A DNA stretch of 44,347 nucleotides, the filler included, from Bdellovibrionota bacterium (GTDB lineage: Bacteria; Bdellovibrionota; Bdellovibrionia; Bdellovibrionales; JAEYZS01): assembly GCA_963169515.1 (NCBI GenBank). It is 3 parts of 3 records of this genome, joined end to end, with 100 filler letters (N's around TTAATTAATTAA, not from the genome) between each part and the next. Parts side by side here need not be neighbours in the genome. Positions count along the whole stretch, not along the records: positions 1 to 20,887 come from CAUJEF010000168.1; positions 20,988 to 38,257 come from CAUJEF010000170.1; 1 more part is not named here. One strand, written 5' to 3'. Both the position numbers and the translations under genes were made by a program. The notes beneath the pieces were generated by a model. That model made no database searches. It was not told the origin of the DNA and worked only from the letters and a program-made list of their open reading frames with translations. Shown here one piece after another: positions 17,932 to 27,032 of this stretch. Positions within the stretch are counted from its first letter, which is position 1. Every line of letters starts with the position of its first letter.

Positions 17932-18053
17932 TTTAGTTCGAATTTGCAGGTTTTATAAGTAGTTACAATGATGTTCAAAATAAGCATTAATGACCCGTAT
18001 ATGAATTACTTATAATTCATCCGAACTTTGGTCTAAAAGTCTTGTAGAGTATT

Positions 18054-18080
18054 TAAACATTTCAAGTGAAATCCCGATTG
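18054..18080 (+). promoter_or_regulatory. Probable sigma28-type promoter of flaG-fliD-fliS
   Basis: TAAA-N15-CCCGATTG. Confidence 0.55.
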
Positions 18081-18089
18081 CTATTACGA

Positions 18090-18464
18090 ATGAATATCAG
18101 ATCAGTGGGGCCGAATTTGACCCCGTTAGAGATTAAAAAACCAGAAGTGTCTAAAGAGACAAAATTAGACAGTTCCCAAGAGCGTGATGCCCAAGTATTT
18201 TATCAAAATGGAAAAGAGCAAGAGAGGCGAAAGCTGACCGAAGAAGAGCTTCAAGAAGCGATGAAGCATTTGCAAGGGTTGCCATTTGTTAAGGATAACA
18301 ATTGGGCCATTCGTCTTGAACGAGTCGGCGAAATAGTCACAGTTTTTGTTGAAGATAACACTGGAAAAATAATTCGAAGGATACCAGAACAAGACCTTTG
18401 GGGGCTTATTTCTCAGCAAAATAATGACCAAAACAAGGGTAACCTTTTTAACAAGGCTATTTAG
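18090..18464 (+). CDS. flaG: Flagellar protein FlaG
   Basis: VFVEDNTGKIIRRIPEQ motif; located before fliD. Confidence 0.8.
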   Translation: MNIRSVGPNLTPLEIKKPEVSKETKLDSSQERDAQVFYQNGKEQERRKLTEEELQEAMKHLQGLPFVKDNNWAIRLERVGEIVTVFVEDNTGKIIRRIPEQDLWGLISQQNNDQNKGNLFNKAI

Positions 18465-18532
18465 GCTCACCCTAAGACCAATGCCATATATTTGACTCAC
18501 AAAAATTCATTAAAATCATTGAAAATAAGTAT

Positions 18533-19930
18533 ATGGCGATATCATTTGGCGGCATCAATACGGGCCTACCTCCGAATCTGGTCGATCAGTTGATCGATGC
18601 GGAACGCTTGCCAATTAAAACTCTCGAAGCAAAAAAGACTAAAATTGAATCGAAGCTAAAACATGTAAACGATCTCGAAGAGAAAATTCGTGGAATCGGT
18701 GGGTCGCTAAAGGAACTTGCGGGTACTAAGGGATTCACGGATATGAAAGTGTTTTCAGGGGATCCCAACATTGTTTCTGGAGCGGCAGACCCTAATATTG
18801 TTCGAAATGGCAGTTGGAATATCGAAGTAATGCAACTTGCGAACAAGGCGTCTGCGATCACCAATGGGTTTCCGGATAAAGACACGGCAGAAATAGGAGT
18901 GGGGTACTTTTCATTTGAAACACCAAGCGGAACAAAAGAAGTTTATATTGATGGTGAGAATAATACTCTTGAAAAGGCTGCAGCTAAAATAAACAATTCA
19001 GGCCTGGGTTTGCAGGCTACAGTAATCAAAGATAGCACGGAAAAGGATGCCCCCTGGCGCCTGATGATCTCTGGCGTATCTGTGGGAGAAGGCAACGAGG
19101 TAAAATATCCGACGTTATATTTTCTGGATGGGGATCAAGATATTTATTTCGATAAACAGCGTGATGCTCAAAATGGGAAAATAAAACTCGACGGATTTGA
19201 AATTGAAGTCGACAAAAATAAGCTCGACGATTTGATTCCTGGGGTGTCGCTTGATATTAAGCAAGCTGCGCCGGGAAAAGAAATTAATATTAGTGTTGGT
19301 GAGGATACGCAAATCGTTGGTGGCAAGATCAAGTCATTCGTTGAAGCAATGAACAACGTCTTAAGCTACATCCAATCGCAGAGTCGCCTAACGGAAAAGT
19401 CAGACACAAGCGGGAATTTGATGGGCGATGGAATTATACGTCGTTTGCAAAATGACATCCGTAACTTGATTCAAAGTCCGCAGTATTCTGTAAAAGGAAA
19501 CATCAAGTCGCTAAATCAACTTGGCATTCAGTTCAACAGAGCCGGTACGCTAGATTTTAATGAGGAAAACTTTAACAAGATTCTCACTGGTCAGGTCGAC
19601 GACGTGCGTGCGTTTTTTGTGGGCGATGGTTATGGCACAGGATTTATCGATGCCATAAAGGGATTTGTAGACCGCACGGTGTCCAATGCATTTAGCCCTA
19701 TTGCAAACAAAAGGAGTGGTTTGCAACAAGAGATTCGTACAGCCGATCAAAAAATAGAAAACTTAGAGAGAAATCTTCAAATCAAAGAAAAAAATTTAAG
19801 AAGGAAGTTTGCAAACCTTGAAGAAACAATGTCCAAACTGAAAACTCAGGGCGATCAGATGGCTGCGCGGTTAGGCGGAGGGGGAGCGGGGGCATTAAAT
19901 CTGGGTGGCGCAAGCATGACATCAACATAA
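18533..19930 (+). CDS. fliD: Flagellar filament cap FliD
   Basis: ISFGGINTGL...LIDAER, IEVMQLA, LRRKFANLE. Confidence 0.95.
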   Translation: MAISFGGINTGLPPNLVDQLIDAERLPIKTLEAKKTKIESKLKHVNDLEEKIRGIGGSLKELAGTKGFTDMKVFSGDPNIVSGAADPNIVRNGSWNIEVMQLANKASAITNGFPDKDTAEIGVGYFSFETPSGTKEVYIDGENNTLEKAAAKINNSGLGLQATVIKDSTEKDAPWRLMISGVSVGEGNEVKYPTLYFLDGDQDIYFDKQRDAQNGKIKLDGFEIEVDKNKLDDLIPGVSLDIKQAAPGKEINISVGEDTQIVGGKIKSFVEAMNNVLSYIQSQSRLTEKSDTSGNLMGDGIIRRLQNDIRNLIQSPQYSVKGNIKSLNQLGIQFNRAGTLDFNEENFNKILTGQVDDVRAFFVGDGYGTGFIDAIKGFVDRTVSNAFSPIANKRSGLQQEIRTADQKIENLERNLQIKEKNLRRKFANLEETMSKLKTQGDQMAARLGGGGAGALNLGGASMTST

Positions 19931-19946
19931 AAAGTAGAGGAAAAAA

Positions 19947-20345
19947 TTGAGCAAACATGCGTATCAAAAATACAAAGAGTCCCAGGTGCTCAGCGCGAGC
20001 AAAGAGACTCTGCTTTTGATGTTGTATGAGGCGGCTATCAAATTTACAAAAAAGGCGATCATTGCAATCGAAAAAAAGGATATTGCCGGTCGAGGTGAAA
20101 ATGTTGGAAAGGCTTATGACATCATAATGGAGCTCAATAATACCCTAGATCACAAAGTTGGTGGAGAAATTGCAGCAAATTTAGAGCGTCTGTATAATTT
20201 TATTACTGAACAACTTGTAAAAGCGAACATCAAAGGTGATCCAGAACCTTTACATTCGAGCGTTAAAATTTTAGAGAACTTATATGAAGGATGGAAGGGC
20301 GCAGTTGAGAAACTTAAAACGGAATCGAGGGGGAAAAGTGGATAA
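19947..20345 (+). CDS. fliS: Flagellin export chaperone FliS
   Basis: LLMLYEAAI, ELNNTLD, GGEIAANLERLY, LYEGW; TTG start after GAGGA. Confidence 0.95.
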   Translation: MSKHAYQKYKESQVLSASKETLLLMLYEAAIKFTKKAIIAIEKKDIAGRGENVGKAYDIIMELNNTLDHKVGGEIAANLERLYNFITEQLVKANIKGDPEPLHSSVKILENLYEGWKGAVEKLKTESRGKSG

Positions 20346-20787
20346 TGCAGCTACTTTAAACGACGAAATTCTACATCTGTTGCAAGAGCGCAACAGATAC
20401 TTGATTAAGTTTTCAGTTCTTAATAAGTCGGAATTGAAAAAGTTCAGGGAAGGTAATTACGAAGAGTTAGACGTATTTTATAATACTCGTGAAAATATTT
20501 TAGGGATGGTTTCTAAAATTGAACTTCTGATATCCCGAAGAATTGAGGCGCTCAAAGAGGACGCTGTGTTTACAAGTTCCGAGTTTAAAAATACGATCAA
20601 TGAAATTTTACGAATGAAAGATAAGATTATTAAAGAGATTTTGGATTTAGACTTGGATATTCTGTCGACAATTGATCGTGAGAAATCAAAAATTTTTAAT
20701 GAGATGAATTCGATTAAGAAAAGTAAAAAAGTTATTTCTGCATATAAAAGTGGATCTCCCCCCCCCAAACTAAACGAAGAAATATAA
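20338..20787 (+). CDS. Helical flagellar chaperone-like protein (FliT/FlgN position)
   Basis: GTG start overlapping fliS end; helical protein ending AYKSG; called from synteny only. Confidence 0.55.
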   Translation: MDNAATLNDEILHLLQERNRYLIKFSVLNKSELKKFREGNYEELDVFYNTRENILGMVSKIELLISRRIEALKEDAVFTSSEFKNTINEILRMKDKIIKEILDLDLDILSTIDREKSKIFNEMNSIKKSKKVISAYKSGSPPPKLNEEI

Positions 20788-20857
20788 AAGGTACCCACTC
20801 ACTTTTGGCGTGACGGCGGCTCATATGGTGGGCCGTAACGCCAAAATGGAGTGGGTA
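20787..20857. repeat. Long imperfect inverted repeat near contig end
   Basis: TACCCACTC-AC-TTTTGGCGT-G-ACGGC (20792-20817) and GCCGT-A-ACGCCAAAA-TG-GAGTGGGTA (20832-20857). Confidence 0.75.
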
Positions 20858-20887
20858 ACATTTGACGGAGTCTGGTGTGAAGGTTTT

Positions 20888-20987
20888 NNNNNNNNNNNNN
20901 NNNNNNNNNNNNNNNNNNNNNNNNNNNNNNNTTAATTAATTAANNNNNNNNNNNNNNNNNNNNNNNNNNNNNNNNNNNNNNNNNNNN
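20888..20987. other. Artificial contig linker
   Basis: N-run flanking TTAATTAATTAA (stops in all six frames), 100 bp total. Confidence 0.98.
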
Positions 20988-21656
20988 AACGACAGTGGCG
21001 GCGAAAACACCGGATACTCTAAAGAAAGCCTACAGAAAGCAGAAGAAATTATTGCAGTGATCGAACATGCAACTGATATGATAGATATGCGAATCCAGGC
21101 TGGCAAAACAGATGAAGAGATTATTGCAATGCTACAACCCTGCACAATCATAACGACTGATACAATGCAGGCGCTGGGCGGCAGTAATTGCCCGATGACC
21201 TATACAAATAATTATCTGAGCGCTGATAACACATGGTCGCAATCGTTGGAAGTTCTAAACGAAAATTTGGCAAACTTGCTAATGCTTACGCACTTTGATA
21301 CCCATGGAACTTTTTCTGGTTCAGGCAGCGACAGTAACTTTCAATTTACCCTTGATCAAACAAGTACGGTTGCTACGCTTAAATATGGTACAACAAATAT
21401 AGCCCTTCATATTGGCATAGCTGTACAGGGCGATATCATGGATTCCGACCTTTTAGGAACCTTTGTTTTTTCTGCTGTTGAGCAAATAAAACTGCAGAGA
21501 GTCGCAAAAGAACAAATAATTAGTGATACCGAGTCCATTGTTCTTTTTGAGTCTTGTAAAATAAATGATCAACCCGTCAGTTGTGACCAACTTGGAACAT
21601 TGAAAAGCGATTCAGCAAAAAGAGTTCATCAAATATTAAGCCTGTCTAAAAAGTAA
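20988..21656 (+). CDS. Hypothetical protein, 5'-truncated at contig start
   Basis: Frame open from the first base (NDSGGENTGYSKESL...) into the 21057 ORF. Confidence 0.6.
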   Translation, partial: NDSGGENTGYSKESLQKAEEIIAVIEHATDMIDMRIQAGKTDEEIIAMLQPCTIITTDTMQALGGSNCPMTYTNNYLSADNTWSQSLEVLNENLANLLMLTHFDTHGTFSGSGSDSNFQFTLDQTSTVATLKYGTTNIALHIGIAVQGDIMDSDLLGTFVFSAVEQIKLQRVAKEQIISDTESIVLFESCKINDQPVSCDQLGTLKSDSAKRVHQILSLSKK

Positions 21657-21662
21657 ATTTTT

Positions 21663-22076
21663 TTATTTTGATAGAAGCCGTCTGAAGTCTTTGACCTTTT
21701 TAATCAGGTCAGAGACTTCGGCCTCGGATACTACATTAACAAAATCATAATCGACCTTATGTCGCTTACGTCGGCATAAATCAAAATAACCAATTAGGCT
21801 TTCGACTGACTCGTCCAATAATTCTCCCGCGATTTCAAAAGTAATTTGATGATGTCCAGTTTTTGATTTCACTCGATACCCCTGCTTTCGAATTACATAC
21901 GTAGCCAAGCTAAGGGCGGCGCTGTATGCAGTGGCAAATTTTCGATCGCTAGACAAACCCTCTAACTGGGAATCTATCAAGTCACGTTCTGCGAGCAGCA
22001 GGAGACCGCTCAATGTTTCAGGGTCAACTTCAACTTTTTGAATTAGGCCCTTTTTAAGCCAGCGATCTAAGCCCAT
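21663..22076 (-). CDS. HEPN-domain protein (toxin of HEPN/MNT pair)
   Basis: AERDL...AYSAAL...GYRVKSKTGHHQ...RRKRHKVDY; overlaps the MNT gene. Confidence 0.8.
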   Translation of the reverse strand: MGLDRWLKKGLIQKVEVDPETLSGLLLLAERDLIDSQLEGLSSDRKFATAYSAALSLATYVIRKQGYRVKSKTGHHQITFEIAGELLDESVESLIGYFDLCRRKRHKVDYDFVNVVSEAEVSDLIKKVKDFRRLLSK

Positions 22077-22641
22077 CTTCTGAACCCTTTAAGAAAATTT
22101 TTTTATCTTTTAAAACAGTAAGTAAAAAGGAGTTTTTTGCCTTCACCTTGCTAACAACTTCTTCTCTGGAAAAAATCATTAGATTCAATTCGCGCTGCAA
22201 CTTTTTTTCTGCTTTACGAATCGCTGGCGCAAGCTTTTCCAAACTAAGATCTCCAATAATAAAAATATCAACATCACTTTCAGAGACATCCCCCCCGGTC
22301 GCCATTGAACCAAAAATAAAAGCTAATTCAATTTCCTCTAATGTAACAACTGCCCTCACCACATCAACAATTCCAGACGTTTTAATAAGCAAAGATTGAA
22401 GATCGCTATAAATGGAACAGTTTTTATCTGGGCGATAATATGTCCGATTACCGTCTTTTCGTGTTTCAAGCACGCCAAATCCGGACAGAGAAGCCAGTTC
22501 TTTTTGAATGCTCGATGGCGTCACGCCTAAGTGTTTTGCCAGATCTGAAAGGTACCACCATTTCTCGGGAAAAAGCATAAAGGCACCAAGCACATCCTGA
22601 CGAATTTTTGAAAAAAGGGCGTCTAAAACAGACTTGCGCAT
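22054..22641 (-). CDS. ArsR-type HTH plus minimal nucleotidyltransferase (MNT antitoxin)
   Basis: N-terminal wHTH (YLSDLAKHLGVTPSSIQKEL); FIFGSMATG...SDVDIFIIG (GS..DxD). Confidence 0.85.
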   Translation of the reverse strand: MRKSVLDALFSKIRQDVLGAFMLFPEKWWYLSDLAKHLGVTPSSIQKELASLSGFGVLETRKDGNRTYYRPDKNCSIYSDLQSLLIKTSGIVDVVRAVVTLEEIELAFIFGSMATGGDVSESDVDIFIIGDLSLEKLAPAIRKAEKKLQRELNLMIFSREEVVSKVKAKNSFLLTVLKDKKIFLKGSEDGLRSLA

Positions 22642-22652
22642 ATAGGCATAGT

Positions 22653-22694
22653 ATATACGTATTTTACGTATGATCATACGTAAAATACGTATAT
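22653..22694. promoter_or_regulatory. Perfect 42-bp palindrome, putative operator of the MNT-HEPN operon
   Basis: ATATACGTATTTTACGTATGATCATACGTAAAATACGTATAT; 12 bp upstream of the ATG; overlaps a minus-strand TATACT -10 box. Confidence 0.75.
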
Positions 22695-22726
22695 TTATTC
22701 TAACCCACTGTAATTACATAAAAAAA

Positions 22727-23410
22727 CTAGACCGTATCTAAAAATTTTTCGGCAGATTCGATGACGGGATATGGAATTTCGTGGGCACCACTGAAGAGCT
22801 GCAGCTTCCCTTTAAGGCCATTACCACGCAATAAATTTTCTAGTCGCATTGCGATTTCTACTCGTAATAGTGGATCATTTTGGCCGTGACTCTGAAAAAA
22901 CGGTAATCCTTTTTTTTGGGGTAAAAGCTGCTTCCATTCCTTTTCATTTACCAAGCTTGATGAAAATAGCAACAGCCCTTTCGGCATTTCATTTAAATGC
23001 AAAACAACATCTGTTGCAACCATGGCGCCCTGGCTGAACCCACCAAAAACAGTTTTTGAGATATCTAATCCTGAGGCATCTATAAATCCAAGCACCATTT
23101 CTCGCACGTGTTCGAGCCCCTTTGGGATAGCTTGGGTGAATTGCTCAAAATTTCCCCGTTGCATAACTAAACTCAGTTCCAAAATATCAATTGCAAACCA
23201 CGCTCGGCCCGTCATGTGCGTATCAATAATCACAGTTTGCGGAGCGTTTAAAAAGATATACCGAATTTTACGTTTTGTAGTGAACTCGCCGGCCAATCCC
23301 GATAAATCGTAAGCATCGGCGCCATAGCCGTGCAACATCACCACCGTCAGATCCGGATTGGCGACAGGAAAATCAAGATATTCTATGCCTGCAGTTTTTT
23401 GTAGTTTCAT
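22727..23410 (-). CDS. Phospholipase/carboxylesterase (alpha/beta hydrolase)
   Basis: MLHGYGA, GRAWF, GGFSQGAM, HGQNDP, GAHEI. Confidence 0.9.
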   Translation of the reverse strand: MKLQKTAGIEYLDFPVANPDLTVVMLHGYGADAYDLSGLAGEFTTKRKIRYIFLNAPQTVIIDTHMTGRAWFAIDILELSLVMQRGNFEQFTQAIPKGLEHVREMVLGFIDASGLDISKTVFGGFSQGAMVATDVVLHLNEMPKGLLLFSSSLVNEKEWKQLLPQKKGLPFFQSHGQNDPLLRVEIAMRLENLLRGNGLKGKLQLFSGAHEIPYPVIESAEKFLDTV

Positions 23411-23468
23411 GCAACAAGAGTTATGCAAATTCGACAAGTCCGTCAAACGGATTTAGACCTCGCACTTT

Positions 23469-24425
23469 CTATTTTGTAAAATTAAAGGTTGCTGCGCGAG
23501 TAAGACGGTCCCATATCGCATCCCACAATTGATCGCTTTGTGCGCTTGAGCGAAACGCACGAATGTAATCGCACCCGGAATGGGAACATTTACGTAAATT
23601 CGAGTATAGTTCGCGTGCAGCCAGAACTGGGTTCGCGTTCAGCTCTAGGTCCACAAAACTTTTAAAAGGAATTTGCTTTAAAACAAGTGGATCTTCAGCC
23701 TGTGCCAAATCTTTAAAAATAATTAATGGAATTTTTGGCATATAATGATGAGCTAATTGTCCAGGTGAAGCCGCACTGGTTTTTTGTGAAATTTTAAGCA
23801 CTGGGTACTCGCTTAAACAGTTTCGAATATCATTTTCAGTGACCGCACCTAAGCGATAAACTTCGATTTCCAGGTTGCCCCCAGATTCATTCACACCAAT
23901 AACTGTAGATTCTAACCCCACATCAGAGGGTCCACCGTCTAAAACAGGTAAATCTGTATCAGCAAATTCTTCTAATACGTGTTCCGGCCGCGTGGGGCTG
24001 TTTTTTTTAAATTGATTTGCGCTTGGCGCTGCTAGCGGTTTTCCGAATTTTTGAATCAGGTCCAGCGCCATCGGGTGCTTGGGCATACGCACACCAACAG
24101 ATGGCAGTCCTGACGTTACAAGATCACTGATTTGATTTGATTTCGCCAATACCATAGTAAGCGGCCCAGGCCAAAACGCCCGCGCCAATACGTCGGCGGG
24201 CCGCGGCCAGTGGCTCACAACGCTTTTTGCTTGTTCTATTGAAGACACATGCACAATCAGGGGATCAAAAAAAGGACGTCTTTTCATGGCAAAAATAGAT
24301 TCAACGGCAATGTCGTTAAACGCATCCCCGGCAAGGCCATAAACGGTTTCCGTTGGAATGGCGACCACGCCTCCCCTTTTTAGGGCATCGACGCAGCTTT
24401 GAATGGAGTGAGTGATTATTGCCAT
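23469..24425 (-). CDS. sua5: L-threonylcarbamoyladenylate synthase (Sua5-type)
   Basis: PTETVYGLA, PLIVH, FWPGPLT, AAPSAN, GLESTV, SPGQ..HY and Sua5 C-terminal domain. Confidence 0.92.
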   Translation of the reverse strand: MAIITHSIQSCVDALKRGGVVAIPTETVYGLAGDAFNDIAVESIFAMKRRPFFDPLIVHVSSIEQAKSVVSHWPRPADVLARAFWPGPLTMVLAKSNQISDLVTSGLPSVGVRMPKHPMALDLIQKFGKPLAAPSANQFKKNSPTRPEHVLEEFADTDLPVLDGGPSDVGLESTVIGVNESGGNLEIEVYRLGAVTENDIRNCLSEYPVLKISQKTSAASPGQLAHHYMPKIPLIIFKDLAQAEDPLVLKQIPFKSFVDLELNANPVLAARELYSNLRKCSHSGCDYIRAFRSSAQSDQLWDAIWDRLTRAATFNFTK

Positions 24426-24448
24426 GGCTTTTTATAATCTTTGAATTT

Positions 24449-25363
24449 TTATGGGACGTCGAAGGATTTTTCAAGGTAAATATTGCCCCCCAGGACGTGT
24501 TTGATCACGTAGGTGCCGGCAACTAGTACAATTTGTACGTTATCTTGGACATATTCTTCAGAATGGCCATCAGGGTAAACGATCGTCCATTGTCGTAACA
24601 ATTTTTCATTAGGATCTTCTTGTTCAGTGAGCGTGCTTTCAATTGTAATTTGCGAACCAACCACAATTTCGCCTGAAAGACTCAAACTGGCCTTGCCGCG
24701 CAAGTCTGCCAAAATTCCAGCTTTCATTTCTTTTTTTGGCAAAAGAACTGAACCAAAAAATTCTTCAGCCAAAGTTTCATGGCGCCAGTCACAGTGAACA
24801 TGGTTTTTATAAAGCTGCGTAAATGTAGCACCCTCTTCCAGGCAAACATTCGCCAGGCCATCCAACGCAATTCCTGGCGAAACTATATCAACAGCGTCAC
24901 CATACATATGTCGTGACCATTTGGCAGCACCTGGAAGGCCCTCGTTATAGCTGGGTGGACGATAGCCGCTGTTTACCTGTAACGCCTGATCGATGATATC
25001 TCGAATTGTTTGCAAGTGACCCACCACTAAGCTTGAAAAAATTCCGATGGGCCCCTTTTCAGGGCTCATCAATTCAATCGCACGGAAATTAGGAGCTAGT
25101 TTTACGGACAAATCGACATCGATTAGCTTAATAGCTCGAACAGGTTTGCGATACTGTGTCGGATCCAAATTTCCAGCAGGTTTTTCGTACCCAAATTCGT
25201 CGGCATTTATGGTTCTTAAACCAAAACAGGTTTCAGAGCTATCTGTATAACAAATCTTCTCTGTGGTCTCACCGAAGCTATGATCAGAAAAACCGGAGGG
25301 GCCAGAAGCCCCTCCGCAGGACATTAAGAAAGGGAGAAAAACCATGAAAAGACGATTCATCAT
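24449..25363 (-). CDS. Lipoprotein with peptidase M15A (Zn D-Ala-D-Ala peptidase-like) domain
   Basis: Lipobox-like LMSC; LAPNF, VNSGYR, SRHMYGDAVD, HVHCD. Confidence 0.85.
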   Translation of the reverse strand: MMNRLFMVFLPFLMSCGGASGPSGFSDHSFGETTEKICYTDSSETCFGLRTINADEFGYEKPAGNLDPTQYRKPVRAIKLIDVDLSVKLAPNFRAIELMSPEKGPIGIFSSLVVGHLQTIRDIIDQALQVNSGYRPPSYNEGLPGAAKWSRHMYGDAVDIVSPGIALDGLANVCLEEGATFTQLYKNHVHCDWRHETLAEEFFGSVLLPKKEMKAGILADLRGKASLSLSGEIVVGSQITIESTLTEQEDPNEKLLRQWTIVYPDGHSEEYVQDNVQIVLVAGTYVIKHVLGGNIYLEKSFDVP

Positions 25364-25439
25364 GGGAACTATCATCTCTAGAAATGACAGTGCTTAGGTA
25401 AAAGTGGGGCAATTTATTGGTCAAAACTAGACCTAGGGT

Positions 25440-25865
25440 TTAGTTCTTAGTTATGGAACCGACTGCACGGCCATCCTTTTGTCTAGACGCCGATTTTTTG
25501 CCGCGCTTTTTTGTAGTGATAACCATGGGCGCACCATCTTCAGCGCTTTTGAATCTTTTTTGCAGTTTTTTACTTTGCTCAATAACTTTAGCGGTCTCAC
25601 GATTAGCTCCCTTGGGAACCAAATAGGCGTCAAACTGATCTGGATTTTCCCACCCCTTCAATGGATCAGCTTCAGCAGAGGCTGGAGGTCCAACCTTGAT
25701 TATTTCGGCTTGTGAGTCTGCTGGTGCTACTGGTGGCATCGTTTTTTCAGCGAGCTGTTTATCTTCATTATCGGCAACGTAAGCAAATGGTTCTTCCGCA
25801 TGGCTAACACAGTTGAAAACTATCAAGGCAACTGTCATCCCAATTTGATACTGTATCCGTAACAT
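25440..25865 (-). CDS. Small exported hypothetical protein
   Basis: GGGGA RBS; signal peptide ending SHA. Confidence 0.6.
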   Translation of the reverse strand: MLRIQYQIGMTVALIVFNCVSHAEEPFAYVADNEDKQLAEKTMPPVAPADSQAEIIKVGPPASAEADPLKGWENPDQFDAYLVPKGANRETAKVIEQSKKLQKRFKSAEDGAPMVITTKKRGKKSASRQKDGRAVGSITKN

Positions 25866-26137
25866 ACATCCCCCGCGTATTAGACCCTCTATAGGGCACT
25901 GACGATTAATATATGGATCTATATTTCAATAAATATGCCCGCCCTCTGTAACAGACGTCCAAGATATGCTGTAACGGTATGTACCAAAAAAAGAATTCTC
26001 AGAATGAGGTGTCAAACCCGCTGAAGCGGCCTAGTTATTTAACACTGCTGCATCACTACGAGACATCGCGCTATTAGAATCTATTGCACTTTAGAAGCGC
26101 TGAAATACAATGGGCCTCATATACATCAGGGGGCATC

Positions 26138-27007
26138 ATGTTTATTTTATCACTTTTGCTCTCGTTCGTACCGACGAACGCAGAAACTCTATATTCAAGC
26201 CTTACAACAAGCTTAGGGGAAACAAGAAATTGTTATTCTGACACCTATGAAAACCGCAGTTGGAAATACTGTATTACTGAAACCAACGGCAGCAAAAGCG
26301 CCGATGTGCTTTATGATTTTCACGGCCTTGGTGGTAGCGAAAATGACTGGCTAGACAAAGAAAGAAATATCCAAATCCGCAATTACTGGAAAAACCACAG
26401 CCTGAACGCACCTGTCGTTGCATCATTGTCGTTCGGACCTGTTTGGATTTTGGCCGAAAAAAATCCGTCAAGTTTTAGCGGTTTATATGAGCTTTTCACT
26501 CAACATATTATTGACCAAATTGAAACCAAGCTAAAATCATACACTGGCCGCCGCCTTTTAATTGGCGCTTCAATGGGTGGATTTAATGCGTCTCAAATTT
26601 TTCTGAAAAACCCAGGGCTATTTGATAAATATGTAATGTCTTGTCCAATTATTGCAAATATCTCGCTGTATGCATCAAACGCTGAAATCCTAGCGTACCA
26701 ACAGGAAAATCATGCGAATTGGTTAAAAGTGAGGACAATGTTTGGAATTGGACGCCAGTACTTCCCAGACACGACGAGTTGGAATACTGCTTGGGCAATC
26801 AAATTAGCCGAAAAAAATCTAAATGAAAATTTTCCGCCAATTCACATGTCTTGTGGAACTGCGGATGAATATGGAATCTATAAAAGCGTTGTTGAATTTA
26901 AAAATCTCGCAGTTGAAAGAGGCGTCAATGTCACTTGGGAAAGCATCTCTGGTGGCGCCCATTGCTCAACAAGCCCAACCACAATTGCAAAGTTCTTAAT
27001 TGAATAA
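26138..27007 (+). CDS. Secreted alpha/beta-hydrolase (esterase)
   Basis: FHGLGG, IGASMGG, CGTADE, GGAHC; signal peptide. Confidence 0.85.
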   Translation: MFILSLLLSFVPTNAETLYSSLTTSLGETRNCYSDTYENRSWKYCITETNGSKSADVLYDFHGLGGSENDWLDKERNIQIRNYWKNHSLNAPVVASLSFGPVWILAEKNPSSFSGLYELFTQHIIDQIETKLKSYTGRRLLIGASMGGFNASQIFLKNPGLFDKYVMSCPIIANISLYASNAEILAYQQENHANWLKVRTMFGIGRQYFPDTTSWNTAWAIKLAEKNLNENFPPIHMSCGTADEYGIYKSVVEFKNLAVERGVNVTWESISGGAHCSTSPTTIAKFLIE

Positions 27008-27032
27008 AAAATAGCATCTGGGGTAAAGCCTG

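Noticed and set aside
20888..20987. TTAATTAATTAA within N-runs (also 38258-38357) and ORFs crossing them
   Set aside because: Artificial six-frame-stop linker. The methyltransferase/clpA and fliS/TA adjacencies are not biological, and the truncated genes are not pseudogenes.
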